A DNA stretch of 63,856 nt, the filler included. It is 14 parts of 14 records of this genome, joined end to end, with 100 filler letters (N's around TTAATTAATTAA, not from the genome) between each part and the next. Parts side by side here need not be neighbours in the genome. Positions count along the whole stretch, not along the records: positions 35,552 to 43,095 come from SRR15195285_932; positions 43,196 to 46,272 come from SRR15195285_933; positions 46,373 to 51,742 come from SRR15195285_934; 11 more parts are not named here. One strand, written 5' to 3'. The notes beneath the pieces are model-generated. The model searched no databases and had not been told where the DNA came from. It saw only the letters and a program-made list of their open reading frames with translations. The translations under genes and the position numbers were made by a program. Below, in pieces: positions 35,452 to 46,492 of the stretch. The first letter of the stretch is position 1; every line of letters begins with the position of its first letter.

Positions 35452-35910
35452 NNNNNNNNNNNNNNNNNNNNNNNNNNNNNNNNNNNNNNNNNNNNTTAAT
35501 TAATTAANNNNNNNNNNNNNNNNNNNNNNNNNNNNNNNNNNNNNNNNNNNNTCTTCCCCCCCCCCCCCCCCCCCCATATAATACATGCTTGCAGCTACCA
35601 GTCGAACTGGTCCGCCGAGGCGCACACGCCGCAGTCGGAGCAATCGGAGTTCGACCCCGACAATGGGTACCACGGGTAACGAGACGAGACAATTGATGAA
35701 TTTCGGACAACTGTGATTATACCAGCTGGGTCGGGTGGTGTGCAGCTAAGTAGGCTGCAGTGCACTTGACGCTGATGAAGCAATGACTACTGTTTTTTGG
35801 ATTCCATTCGAATTTTGCGAACTTGAATGGAATTCGAAAGGGGTTCCAGAAAAACCCTTTCTCCTATCTGTTCCCATGCATCAGCCAATCAGTCCAAGCG
35901 GCTACCGATC

Positions 35911-38900
35911 TCAGAGCAGTCGCTGTGCACCCACGACGTGACGCGCCGCGCGTGCAATTCCTCTCTCTGCGCCGTCTCTTGGCCACACTAAGTCTTGTGC
36001 CCAGGTAGGCGATGTATCATCGCGAGTTGCCACAACCAGCAAAGCTGAATCGCCCGTAGTCTTGGGTCTGTAGCAATTATAGAAGCAATCAGCTGCAATT
36101 TCGATCAAGTTGAGCGGCACTGGGAGCGCAGTGGCGAAGAAATATTCTCTGACGATACCGCCGAACAAAAAGCTCCATTCTTCGGTGGCCTGATCTACGA
36201 TTCGTGCAAACGTGTTGGACATCATAGCTATCATGAGGTTGACGAGAACAATTGATGACATTAACCAGAAGCTTGAGTTGAATAGCTCCTGTAGTATGAC
36301 CACGCGCACGTCCGGTTCATTCCACGCAGTTGCATTGGTTGGTGCATTATATGCTGCAGGGGTGTAAGTGCCGATGCCAGGGTCCATGCCACCCTTTGCA
36401 GTTACCATATTGCGCTCCAGACGAAAATCGGTAAGGGTTGAGATCGCAAAGTTAGCCAGCCAAAAATGGTGTTCGCTTCGATAACTGGGCTGCTCCAGCG
36501 ACCAAGAGAAGATGAATGCAGTCGTCTCGAAGCAGACCGTGACAAGCACCAGATATGGTAAAAAAGGCAAGACATCGTTCTGGCACATATTTGCGACGAT
36601 GATGTTGATTTGGCCCACGCGCGGCCATGCCGAGAAGCACTTGAGCAACCGCCAATGACACAAGAAAAGGTTCAACGTTAGCACGATAAACATTGCAGAG
36701 TATGCCTCGGGCCATTCAAAAGCAATGGCAGCTACCCGAAGCACAGATGCCACCAGAAAAAGCGCTGCAGTACAGATTTCCACGGCATTGCCCGAGCCCT
36801 CTACGTATTCTCGAAATGTTGCAAAATTAGAAGAATATTGTTTGAGCTCGGTGATCATGTAAGCAAAAGTCCAGGCCCAGAAAACGTACTCTAACGTCGT
36901 CGGACGGCGGCTCATATTGCTAGCCCAAGGAAATCCTGAGAGATACACATATATAAAACACGCAAGAAACATCACATACCCCACCGTAAAGCTCGCCCAC
37001 TTCGCTTGCGGTGAGGTCGAAGGAAAGAGCGTGTCAAAGCATCTACCATTGCCACGTCTAGACCTCCATGCACGCGAGAGAAACGCTATTGTAGCCGGAT
37101 GGCCCATAAAAGCTTTATTTTGGGTCATCATCGCCAGGTCCAGACGTGTGACGAAGGAAGCTGTCGGACTACACCCAAACAATTGCAAAACGGCACGGCG
37201 CCTAGTGTTCCACTCTTTCTGATCCTCGGTCATACGCTCGAGTATTGCTTCATTAGCACAAATCAAGTTTTCGTCGAAGAGCACGGTCAACGTGTCTCTC
37301 TGGGACAGATTGAACACTTGATGTTCGCCTAAGTAAGTCAGGATGGAACACAGCTTATTGTCCCATGCTGTGGCACATCCAGGTAAGTTTCGTTCTCTAA
37401 GAACAAAGCTGCACAGAAGACAGGCGACGATAGCGTCACCGCCCTTACCATGCTGATCAGCAATGTTGCCTTGGGCCCAGAGAATTTCTGCCATGTTGTA
37501 TCTTCCAGTCACTATTGCCCAGTACAGCCGCAAGAGTGGATCTAATGGGCATGTAAAGCGATCCGTAGTTGCACTAATACCATCATGCTGCAGCTTGCCG
37601 TCAAGTCGCACACCGTCAAACGAAATCCAGGGACAAAAAGCTTTGCATGAAGCTTTGAACAGACGCTTCGGTGTCGACGCGCTAGTCCACCCTGTCGTCT
37701 CGGCCACAGCTGACTGCTCCCATGGATTGTCAACGGCATCGAGAGCTGCGCCACCACGACTAAGACACTGGATTACTTCGTCGTCAATCACTTGCTGGAG
37801 TAGCACCAGACCGTGTCCTGGATCCTCAATGCATATCCACTGATACCTGTCCCAGTCTACTGCACTGATCGTCTGCGATTTTCCAGTTTTCAGGGATTCT
37901 AGATCGTTAGGATTCTTGACCATGTCTCTGTACAGGTACGTACACCTCTCTTGAAGTTGTTTCATCACCTCCGCACTGGCCACCTTACCTTTCACGTGCT
38001 TTGTTTCATCTCCGTGACAAATCAGCTCGACCTCAAAGTAGTTTAAATCAGGTGCAACTAGCTTATGCTCTACTCTACGTTGCTGAAACAGCTGTCCGAT
38101 TCTGATAGACCACTCACTTTCGCTTAACGTGGTGGGTGCATTTTGATCCGGCAAATATCCAACGCAGCAGAAGCTCCACCCACTCAACAATCGGAGCTGG
38201 CGCCATTTCACATGTTGATTAGCCTTGTAAAGAAAGCGGGACTGCTCAGATTGGCTAAGTTCGTTCCACTCATGTTCAATGGCTGCGACTAGAGTTGCAT
38301 CGCCGCGATGACCTTTGTGCTCCAACAGCTTCATCTGTCGCCATTCTGCGGGCATGTGAAATCTGGGCGTTTCCCAGCGTTTGCCTGCAAGGAGCTCCAT
38401 CTCGGACATCTGTCGGAAATTCAGGAGGATAAGATGGTCGAGAGAGTTTATATCAAAACCACAGCCGCACATCAGTTGCACAGCTTCCGCTTGATCATGA
38501 TATGAGGCCAATACAAGAGGCCGTGCGTCGATTGTCAGCTCGTCGTGGCCACTTGATTTGAGCACACCCTGCTCTTTCAAGACGTTGCGCAGCGAGTTCA
38601 TATCATTGTACTGAAGTGCCAAAGGCAGTCGAATCTGCGGCGTGACCATCTCCGATTGAAACACAGCCCTTAACACCATCAGCAAGAGCTCACCATCCTG
38701 TTTCTCGGTTGAGCCCTGCAGGTCAAATACATGCAGGTCCTTGTAATCTGCAATCTTATCTAATGTCTCTGCTCGGTCACTCAGCAAGTTGCGCAATTCC
38801 AGTTCCTTTTCTCTGGAATTTGGTAGCATACCACTGTAATGTTGATCCAGAAAGTATTTTCGTAGCGTACTGATTCGCTGTTGCTCAGCCTCTGCTGTCA

Positions 38901-40455
38901 GACCAGTTCCTGGCTTCCACTCAGCAATCAGGTCTGCTGCTCGACCAGACCCTTTGAAAATAATGACAGGAAATCCTTTGCATACAAACTGCTCGACAGT
39001 TTCAATCGTATTGGGGCCGCCACCAAAAACGATCCCTATGACTGGGACGCTTCGCTCGCCTGATGAACTCGCGTCTGCCTCTCTCTCTGCAGCAAAGTTT
39101 CTGCTTTGGTTCAGTCGGACCTTGTCTGTCAATTTGGTCAGACTGTTGTGAAGCTTTGGTTTTGCATCATAACGAAATGATACAAAATCAACCAGCTCTT
39201 CCCGGAAGTATACCTCACGCCCCCAACGATCTGTGCCACCATCTGCGTCTGGTGGTGCAACATAGCCGTCATCAAGCAGCAGGTAGTGACTGTGATTCGG
39301 ATTGAGCGCAGCCCCTTCCCACGGCCCTTCACTTGCTTCTTGGTAGACCCCTGTGTAGCGAAACGGATTATCACCGGTGCCCTTTCTGGTCTCTGTGTCG
39401 TCTATCAACTCAGTCCGACCATTGACTACTACCCACGGCGCGATTCCAATCGCTGTATGCATCGCTTTGTTTTGTGCCAAAATGTCTCCCATGAGCTTCA
39501 TTACACCTGAATCGGTCCCACCAGAAACAATCCAACTGTTGGTGTTCTCAATAGCGTGAATCATTGCGTCTTGGAAACTAGAGAGCGCATCTGGACGCAA
39601 CGGTACAGGAGTAGCACTACCTGTCACTGAGAAGATGATGGAAGGCATTGTCATTTGCCATGAAGAACGCATCAACCCTACGAGGTCGCGCAGTATGCTC
39701 ACGCGCAGCTCCTGCTCAAATGGCTCGAGCTCGGAGAACGGGCGAACGTCAGTCTGCAGGCGCATAAACTTTGCTTGCTTCGATTCGGCCGAATGCTTGG
39801 CGTTCCAGTCGATCACGGTACGCAGCGCACAGTCCCCTACAAACTCCATCTGTCCGTGCTCACCTTGCGTTGCCTCTGGGGCGAGGAATACGTGCGTGAG
39901 CATGTGAAAGTGGAACCCTCCTGGGATTCCCGCCGGTGCCGAGCGGGTATAGGTGAGAGTCTCAACAACGCTGCTGCGCCGACCAGCGTGATAAGAGGTC
40001 GACCGCGCACGCCGCGCAAGGCCTTTCAATCTTGATGCGAATTTCGCCGTGTCCGCCACTGATCCTGTAGCAGACGTGTGCTGCGGCGAAAACTCCAGTG
40101 CCCTCGAGGCTGCTTGGCCGTCCGTCATCCGCTGGAAGGACCCTGGTTCGGGTAGGGGGGAATGGCCGAGGCTGCCAAACCGCGGTCGTTTTGTGAGCTT
40201 CCCAGAGCCGCCTGAAGTGATGTCACATCTTGGTCCGGCTGAGGTGATCTCATAGCTTGATGTCCTCGATGAAGTGGGCGTCAAGCTGCTACTATCTCCT
40301 CCAGGCTGGTCTACCGCTGGCACCAGCGACGGCAGGCTTCCCAGGGGGTGCCCCACGGCGGAGCCGTTATGTGTGGCATTTTCTGGTCCGGCGGCGGAAT
40401 CCATCACGAGGATGCATCCCTGCTCGTCGGCCGAATTTGTCCCCTCGTCGGCCAT
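35911..40455 (-). CDS. TRPM-family cation channel
   Basis: 1514-aa ORF: PSIIFSVTGSA, WIVSGGTDSGVMKLMG, AIGIAPW, LNPNHSHYLLLDDG, GGGPNTIETV, GSGRAADLI (MHR1/2, SLOG-like); LYWAIV.GR..MAEILW; TM helices; S6/TRP box IVLVNLMIAMMSNTF..EEWSF..EYF..LPVPLNLI. Confidence 0.92.
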   Translation of the reverse strand: MADEGTNSADEQGCILVMDSAAGPENATHNGSAVGHPLGSLPSLVPAVDQPGGDSSSLTPTSSRTSSYEITSAGPRCDITSGGSGKLTKRPRFGSLGHSPLPEPGSFQRMTDGQAASRALEFSPQHTSATGSVADTAKFASRLKGLARRARSTSYHAGRRSSVVETLTYTRSAPAGIPGGFHFHMLTHVFLAPEATQGEHGQMEFVGDCALRTVIDWNAKHSAESKQAKFMRLQTDVRPFSELEPFEQELRVSILRDLVGLMRSSWQMTMPSIIFSVTGSATPVPLRPDALSSFQDAMIHAIENTNSWIVSGGTDSGVMKLMGDILAQNKAMHTAIGIAPWVVVNGRTELIDDTETRKGTGDNPFRYTGVYQEASEGPWEGAALNPNHSHYLLLDDGYVAPPDADGGTDRWGREVYFREELVDFVSFRYDAKPKLHNSLTKLTDKVRLNQSRNFAAEREADASSSGERSVPVIGIVFGGGPNTIETVEQFVCKGFPVIIFKGSGRAADLIAEWKPGTGLTAEAEQQRISTLRKYFLDQHYSGMLPNSREKELELRNLLSDRAETLDKIADYKDLHVFDLQGSTEKQDGELLLMVLRAVFQSEMVTPQIRLPLALQYNDMNSLRNVLKEQGVLKSSGHDELTIDARPLVLASYHDQAEAVQLMCGCGFDINSLDHLILLNFRQMSEMELLAGKRWETPRFHMPAEWRQMKLLEHKGHRGDATLVAAIEHEWNELSQSEQSRFLYKANQHVKWRQLRLLSGWSFCCVGYLPDQNAPTTLSESEWSIRIGQLFQQRRVEHKLVAPDLNYFEVELICHGDETKHVKGKVASAEVMKQLQERCTYLYRDMVKNPNDLESLKTGKSQTISAVDWDRYQWICIEDPGHGLVLLQQVIDDEVIQCLSRGGAALDAVDNPWEQSAVAETTGWTSASTPKRLFKASCKAFCPWISFDGVRLDGKLQHDGISATTDRFTCPLDPLLRLYWAIVTGRYNMAEILWAQGNIADQHGKGGDAIVACLLCSFVLRERNLPGCATAWDNKLCSILTYLGEHQVFNLSQRDTLTVLFDENLICANEAILERMTEDQKEWNTRRRAVLQLFGCSPTASFVTRLDLAMMTQNKAFMGHPATIAFLSRAWRSRRGNGRCFDTLFPSTSPQAKWASFTVGYVMFLACFIYVYLSGFPWASNMSRRPTTLEYVFWAWTFAYMITELKQYSSNFATFREYVEGSGNAVEICTAALFLVASVLRVAAIAFEWPEAYSAMFIVLTLNLFLCHWRLLKCFSAWPRVGQINIIVANMCQNDVLPFLPYLVLVTVCFETTAFIFSWSLEQPSYRSEHHFWLANFAISTLTDFRLERNMVTAKGGMDPGIGTYTPAAYNAPTNATAWNEPDVRVVILQELFNSSFWLMSSIVLVNLMIAMMSNTFARIVDQATEEWSFLFGGIVREYFFATALPVPLNLIEIAADCFYNCYRPKTTGDSALLVVATRDDTSPTWAQDLVWPRDGAERGIARAARHVVGAQRLL

Positions 40456-41142
40456 CGATCGCGCTACCTAGGCGCCATTCTGAGCCCTGCTTGAGAAAAC
40501 ACACAGCACACTGTACACACACACGCACACACACTGCACCACTAAACTGAGTACATGTTTGAGCGCTGCACCGTTTCGATCACTGGAGTTGAAAAGAGGG
40601 CGGGAACTGCCCCCAGAGCCAGTGCGTGGTCCAGAGCGCGAGCGTATATCATACGTATCGCGTGCGCGCAGCACGGACGTCCGTGTCGACGCAGCACGGA
40701 CGCGTCGACGCGCGCTACCCGCGCTTAATATCGCGCACGCGCGCAGCGCGCTCGCTCGTTCACGCCTATTCCTGCCGCGCGCGGGCGCATGCTCCAGTGA
40801 TTGCTCCTCGCGACGCGATGAGAATGCTCGCGCTCGTGCGCGGCGTGCTGGGCAGATAGAGGGCACTCGCGCGCACCTAGTACGTAGTAGTACAAGTAGC
40901 AATCAGCAAAATATACCGGTAGTATACACCAATACTGAATACAGACACCCCAATAAATCCTATATACAGTCAGTGCCCGCCATATCGATGTGTAAAACAT
41001 TTCGACGTCACCGACACACGCAGCGGGTGCTGGTGGCCCCTGTGGCTCGCCGGCACGTCCCCCGCCAACTGGACACGACGATAGACAGTGTTAGCACCTG
41101 ACGGAGCCGTGTACATCCAGGATTGTGCGGCCCCATGATCGC

Positions 41143-42632
41143 ATGATGCGAGGCACCGCGCTGCTGCTGTACACTGCGGCCTGGGTACCGGCGACGGGCC
41201 AGCAGGCGGGAGGAAACTACGACGCGCCTGTCGGAGGCTACTGCCGCGGCCCTGGCGGCCAGCACCAGGGCGTCAACGGGCTAAGCTGCCCCGGAGTTGC
41301 GGACCTTGCGAATTGTCAGCGCGGCTGTGACCTCAACCGCCCGCGGTGCGTCGCCGTTCACTGACGAAAGAGGAACTTAGAGGACGTGGGTGCGCGCGCA
41401 ATCCTACGTGGACGTTGCACTAACCCCTATCGTCCATCTTGGCGCAGGTGCATCGGCTACACCTGGCGCCCGCACAGCGACCGCACTGCGACTGACCTAG
41501 ACGGCAACGGAATAATCGATCCTGACGAGTATTCAGACCACGACCACAGCCTGTGCTCGATCAAAGGTGCTGGCATGGGTAAGAACGCATGCAAGCGATT
41601 GGTTCAAGAGGACTCCGGGTCTGCAACTGCTCACAGGTTGCGTGTGCTGACATCCCAGTCACCGATCCAAGCTGGATCGATAATAGCCGGAGCGTCGCGG
41701 CCGGTAGGGGTGGGGATCCGGTGCCAGGAGGCTGGTAAGTCAAAGTCATCAGCAGCAGAGCGAGCGATTAGGTGTCTGTATAGCTAGCGTCGTGTTGTCG
41801 TTCGCGTTCCTCAGTGTTTGTCTGAAGAGAGAGCATTGCGGTGGGGTGGGCGCAGCCGGGAGGTCACGGGCCAGGCCGACATCATCGCTTACGGCTCGCA
41901 AGCGGTAGGTGGTTCCACAAACGGGGTGGATGCGGAGGCAATCTGTGTCACTTGCGCGGACCACACGCCAGGCGAGGAGGTGCATTTCGATCCGCTTGGC
42001 AAGGTAACAATCACTGCAGCACTTCTATTGCACTGCCAGTTTGATTGCCTGGAAGATCTGGTTTCCAAAGAGTGCTGATACCCGGGTACTTGATAGGGGG
42101 ATGATGGCTCCTTCACTTACCAGGGACTAGAGCGGGACGGTCCCGGCGGCGCTGCTGAGCCGAGCGGCGTGGACTGCACAGTCGTTGGACTCGGAGTGTA
42201 AGTCGAGTCGAGTTCGCAAACAAACAGCCTAAACCAAAAGCCGTTTCTCGCGGGAGATTACCTTCTCGAGAGCCTGACAAATTGGACGGGTGGTGCGGCG
42301 ACAGGGTGACCACCGCCCACTGCCTCGCATCAGACGATGGTAGGAATGCATGCACCCCCGCTCCTCCCCCCACCCACCCCCCCCGCGGGCGAAGCACAAC
42401 TTGATTGCATATTGTATGCCAAGCGGCACGCGTATAAAAGTTTGTTCATGACTGTGCAGGCGCCGCAGTTCCCACGAGCTGCCCGCATGAGTGCGCACAG
42501 TACTTCGGTGCGTGGAACAGCGCCTGCCATGGGACCGCAGCGTTCCGTCAAGCAGACCAGATCCTCGATGGGCAGCTGATTGCCTTCGCGGCGACATGCC
42601 TCCTTTCACCTGGGGACGAGGGTGGGCACTGA
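41143..42632 (+). CDS. Secreted Cys-rich multi-exon protein (PAN-like N-terminus, DxDxNG Ca-loop motif)
   Basis: Signal-like MMRGTALLLYTAAW; GYCRG..CQRGCD..|CIGYTW; DLDGNGIIDPDEY; last exon ..PTSCPHECAQYFGAWNSAC..GGH*. Middle exons uncertain. Confidence 0.5.
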
Positions 42633-42745
42633 CGCTTATGTTTGTGGAGTGTGATGTGTTGTGTGAGTGAAGAATCTATGCAGCGTTCTTCGTGCCATTT
42701 GTTGTTTGAACGTGTTACAAGAGAGCGAAAATAGGCGTCCCTAAA

Positions 42746-43033
42746 TTATATACTTTGGAACGTTTCAAAGCGCGCAACCCCCACACTGCTCCTACTGGCG
42801 CTACAAGTTGCACACATTAAAATGTGGCGCCACTCTATAGTGGTTTTCGGAGTATTACAAAAGCCATAAAGGCATACCTGCGCCTGCAGCTGCCGATGCC
42901 GCTTCCACCCTAGAAACATAAACATGATGAGTTCCTTCTTGTTCATTCTCGAAATCGTTTTGCCGTTGCCGCACATGAGCAGTCGCCGGCGAGCCTCGGC
43001 TCGAAGGTCCTTGACAGTCACTCGGGGTGCCAT
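42746..43033 (-). CDS. Small protein with a Rho-N/HeH (SAP-like) nucleic-acid-binding motif
   Basis: TVKDLRAEARRR..ISRMNKKELI matches the T.x.eL+..A+..G..S+m.K.eLI pattern; 95 aa, no introns. Confidence 0.45.
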   Translation of the reverse strand: MAPRVTVKDLRAEARRRLLMCGNGKTISRMNKKELIMFMFLGWKRHRQLQAQVCLYGFCNTPKTTIEWRHILMCATCSASRSSVGVARFETFQSI

Positions 43034-43599
43034 TGTTGCAGTGTGTCGGTTTACCTACTGTAACATGAGCAGTGGCGGGAAGGCGGGCCGACGCTNNNNN
43101 NNNNNNNNNNNNNNNNNNNNNNNNNNNNNNNNNNNNNNNTTAATTAATTAANNNNNNNNNNNNNNNNNNNNNNNNNNNNNNNNNNNNNNNNNNNNCGCCG
43201 ACCCAGGAATCACATTGTGATGGCCTCGCGCGCACCAACGATACATTCTAACATCTCGAGGCCGCGCGCGCCACGCGCCGGCTCGACCGGCGGCGCCGGC
43301 GCGCCCAAGCGCGCAGCTGCGCGTGGCATGCACCGCGCCGGCCCGCCGCTCCTGGGTCCGTCGGTCCGACCGTGTTACGGACTCGAGTCGACGGACGCAG
43401 AGCTCTACATGCAACGTCCGTCCGAGTAGTACATACCGTATATATCTTCCGTAGCACTAGCAGGTATATGTACTAGTAGCATACTTCGAGAGCGCTCTAT
43501 ATCGCGATCTGTCGCGCGTCGTCGTCTGTCCGCGCGCTGCGCGCTAGCTCGCTGAGCCGGCACGCGCCGGGAGCGCGACGCAGGCCAGGTCTGCGCACA

Positions 43600-45594
43600 A
43601 TGACCAGCTTGCTTTTTCTTCTGCTTCTGCTTTTCTGGTCGGCAGGTCCTCCTGGAGGGCCACCAACCTTCAAACTAGCTCTCTCAGCTCACTTTCCCGA
43701 CGAGGAACGTGCTGTGGAGAGCAGCAGCACGGAACATCCGCATGCAACACCAAGCGCCGAAGAGCTGCAGGCTGCGCTGACAGGCGCCATTCATAGTGGT
43801 GCTGCATCTGTCACAATCCAAGGTGGAACATATCGCTTTGCGAACAACACTAGCCTGTTGATTCACAACGCCACCGACCTGTCAATCCGTGCGCCCGACC
43901 CTGTCGAGCTGATCTTTGCTGGGTCTGCGGGGGTAAGTTTTGTTGACGCTGCTCGGGTTTCGATCGAAAACATCGCGATTGACTACGACCCGCCACCTAC
44001 GAGGTCGTACGCCAGCATCACGTATGCCTTAGTGAACTCAAGCGATGTACTTACGCAAGACCTCACAATACGGAGTGCACCGTACATGGCCGTGACAGCC
44101 TTCACAGGAGGTGGCAATCACACCTTCAGGCGGCTGCGATTTGCCCCCCGTCAGGGAGCACGCTGGGCATCGCAGCGCGATGCAATTCATTTCAGTGACG
44201 TTCGCATCGGACCGACAATTGAGAACAGCAGCATCGGCTGGTGTGGCGACGATTTTCTAAACATAAAGAACACGCTGATGTTGCTCTTGCGGTGCACCTC
44301 CGCCAGCTCGTGTATCGTCATCAATCCGCATGTGTCTGGCGAGCAGCCCATCCCTTTCGGTGGGACTTCTGTGTTGGCCACAGCGCGGCCGGGGGATCGC
44401 TTTAGCTTTTATCAATGGCCTTCGCATGATATGATCTTGCGTCAGCTGAGGACATCTGCTGCCCAAGGCAGTGCTAGACTGGCCAGTCTTGAGGCAGCAA
44501 CAGCGTCATCTTCGCTAGCTGCTGAGGCAGCTCTACTTGAGAGGTCTCTGGTTGGTGTGTGGCCGTGGACTAGGTGGACTAACCAGACTATGCCGTTCGG
44601 CACGAGCGAGCTGTGGCAAGTGGATTTTTCAGCAGAGCTGCCTGAGGCGATCTGGCGGCGGGCTTCGCCTGGTCAAGTAACCTTAATCAACATCGACGAT
44701 ATAAGCTGCACAAGCTCGCGGATACACCACAGCAACTTTACGAACACAGGAAGCCAGCTTGGCCGGTTTAAAAGTCCGAATGGAGAGATCGTGGGCAATC
44801 GATTTGATACCGGGCGTGGTGCGTACAATCTAGAGTTCAGCGCGCTGCCACAATGGTTGGAGGGACCAGTACGACTGGAAAACATCACAGTCGCGCACAA
44901 TATGTTCATTTCGCGCGACAAAGACCTGGTGTCGAATCACGATCGGTTGCCATTCCATTGTGGCCCACTCTGTGAGGCTGTGTGTGATCGTAGCGATGCT
45001 CATCCTCAGTGCATGCTAGTCAGCGACAGCACTCCATGCCCAGGTTGTCCAAACTGCTCGGAAGCAACCCCGTGGGCTGATGTCGAGGCGCGGAACAACA
45101 GCATTTCTGAAGCACCACCACTACCACCGTCACCACCAGTACCGGCACCACCTGGCAGCCCGCGCATGGTTCTAGTTTCAACGTGCAACAGCAGCGACAT
45201 CAAGCAACAGTGGTCATTTGACGAGTCGCACGGCGGACAGATCAAATCTCTCCAAGCAGATGGCTTATGCCTGTTGGGCACTGGTGCTTTGGTCGGGCCA
45301 TGCGATGTTGCTCCGCGCTGGTCCATGAGCCTACTGGACGGTGCGACTGGCAAGTGGCTGGTGCTCGAGAACGCTACGGGTCAACCTTGCCGCAATCTCC
45401 AAGTCTACAACTACAGCGGCCCGACTCTGTCCCAGGAAGCTTGCCGCACTCCACCCGCAGAGGGCACGCGTGGCTCGCAAAACGAGGAGTGGGCATACAT
45501 TGGTATCCAGTTTCGAAGCGTCGCGACCGAGCAGTGTTGCGGGTCTAGGTCTCGCCCAATCCCGAGAGCCGGTCTATGCATGACTCGTGCATGA
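43600..45594 (+). CDS. Secreted right-handed beta-helix protein (GH110-like) with a C-terminal ricin-B lectin domain
   Basis: Signal peptide; LQAAL..VTIQGGTYRF, IENIAIDYDP, RDAIHF..GPTIENSSIGWCGDDFLNI; Pro-rich linker; QQW..GQIKS..LCL, NEEW ricin-type motifs. Confidence 0.7.
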   Translation: MTSLLFLLLLLFWSAGPPGGPPTFKLALSAHFPDEERAVESSSTEHPHATPSAEELQAALTGAIHSGAASVTIQGGTYRFANNTSLLIHNATDLSIRAPDPVELIFAGSAGVSFVDAARVSIENIAIDYDPPPTRSYASITYALVNSSDVLTQDLTIRSAPYMAVTAFTGGGNHTFRRLRFAPRQGARWASQRDAIHFSDVRIGPTIENSSIGWCGDDFLNIKNTLMLLLRCTSASSCIVINPHVSGEQPIPFGGTSVLATARPGDRFSFYQWPSHDMILRQLRTSAAQGSARLASLEAATASSSLAAEAALLERSLVGVWPWTRWTNQTMPFGTSELWQVDFSAELPEAIWRRASPGQVTLINIDDISCTSSRIHHSNFTNTGSQLGRFKSPNGEIVGNRFDTGRGAYNLEFSALPQWLEGPVRLENITVAHNMFISRDKDLVSNHDRLPFHCGPLCEAVCDRSDAHPQCMLVSDSTPCPGCPNCSEATPWADVEARNNSISEAPPLPPSPPVPAPPGSPRMVLVSTCNSSDIKQQWSFDESHGGQIKSLQADGLCLLGTGALVGPCDVAPRWSMSLLDGATGKWLVLENATGQPCRNLQVYNYSGPTLSQEACRTPPAEGTRGSQNEEWAYIGIQFRSVATEQCCGSRSRPIPRAGLCMTRA

Positions 45595-45738
45595 AAGGCA
45601 CGGGCATGTAGCAAAGACTAATTTACAGGCGCTGATGGGTTGTAGCGAGCTGGCAATGAATTCTTGTGAAGACAAATACAACCATCGTCTTCATCAACAA
45701 ACGAGTACGTCATTGAATCTTAATTCTTTGCGGGTCTG

Positions 45739-46272
45739 CTACAATTCACCTTTGCTCTGCCGACGGCCCTTGCGTTTTTCTGCCCACCAGCCTCCGACTG
45801 CAGCTTTGATCACAGCGTGGTGCGGAGTGCCCTCATCCGCGCGCATCACTGCAGTGTAATCGTTCAGATCCTTGAGCAGCGGATCTGCTCCTGCATCTAC
45901 CAGAGCAATCACGCTCTCGAGCCCACCCTCGTTGTCATTAGCGAATTCAGCAGCAAATGCCAACGGGCTCCAAGCTTTGTTGAATTGAATGTTAACGTCA
46001 GCGCCGGCATCGATCAGGGCTTGGACAATTTCTCTGTGCCCGTCCTGCGCCGCAACGTGCAGCGCGTTCCAGCCTTTCTTATTCATCGCGTCGACCGGAA
46101 CCCCATCAGCCAGTGCTTGTTTCACGCCCTCGAGGTCGCCCTGTCTAGCAGACCACACCAGAAACTCCGTTCCAGGTGGAGGGCTACCCACATCGGCAGC
46201 TCCTGCGGTAGCTAAACCGCGCTGGCCCTCGGGTAGAACCAGTCCCAGCAGCAGCAGCAGCAGCAGCAGCAG
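45739..46272 (-). CDS. Ankyrin-repeat protein with a poly-Leu signal-like N-terminus and C-terminal KGEL; 5'-partial
   Basis: GWNALHVAAQDGHREIVQALIDAGADVN and WSPLAFAA repeats; frame open upstream through LLLLLLLLGLVLP. Confidence 0.85.
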   Translation of the reverse strand: MLLLLLLLLGLVLPEGQRGLATAGAADVGSPPPGTEFLVWSARQGDLEGVKQALADGVPVDAMNKKGWNALHVAAQDGHREIVQALIDAGADVNIQFNKAWSPLAFAAEFANDNEGGLESVIALVDAGADPLLKDLNDYTAVMRADEGTPHHAVIKAAVGGWWAEKRKGRRQSKGEL

Positions 46273-46492
46273 NNNNNNNNNNNNNNNNNNNNNNNNNNNN
46301 NNNNNNNNNNNNNNNNTTAATTAATTAANNNNNNNNNNNNNNNNNNNNNNNNNNNNNNNNNNNNNNNNNNNNAGGACACTTTGTTCTTTTCATTTTGATT
46401 TATTTTAAAAAATTGAACCCTCAACAGTCACAGTCAGTCGCGACGCGCGCTCTCGCGCCGGAGAAAAGAGGCGGCCGCCGGGCCTCTCGCTC

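Noticed and set aside
35800-35862. Two small hairpins downstream of the TRPM stop
   Set aside because: Stems of 7-8 bp are expected by chance; no SECIS context or in-frame TGA.
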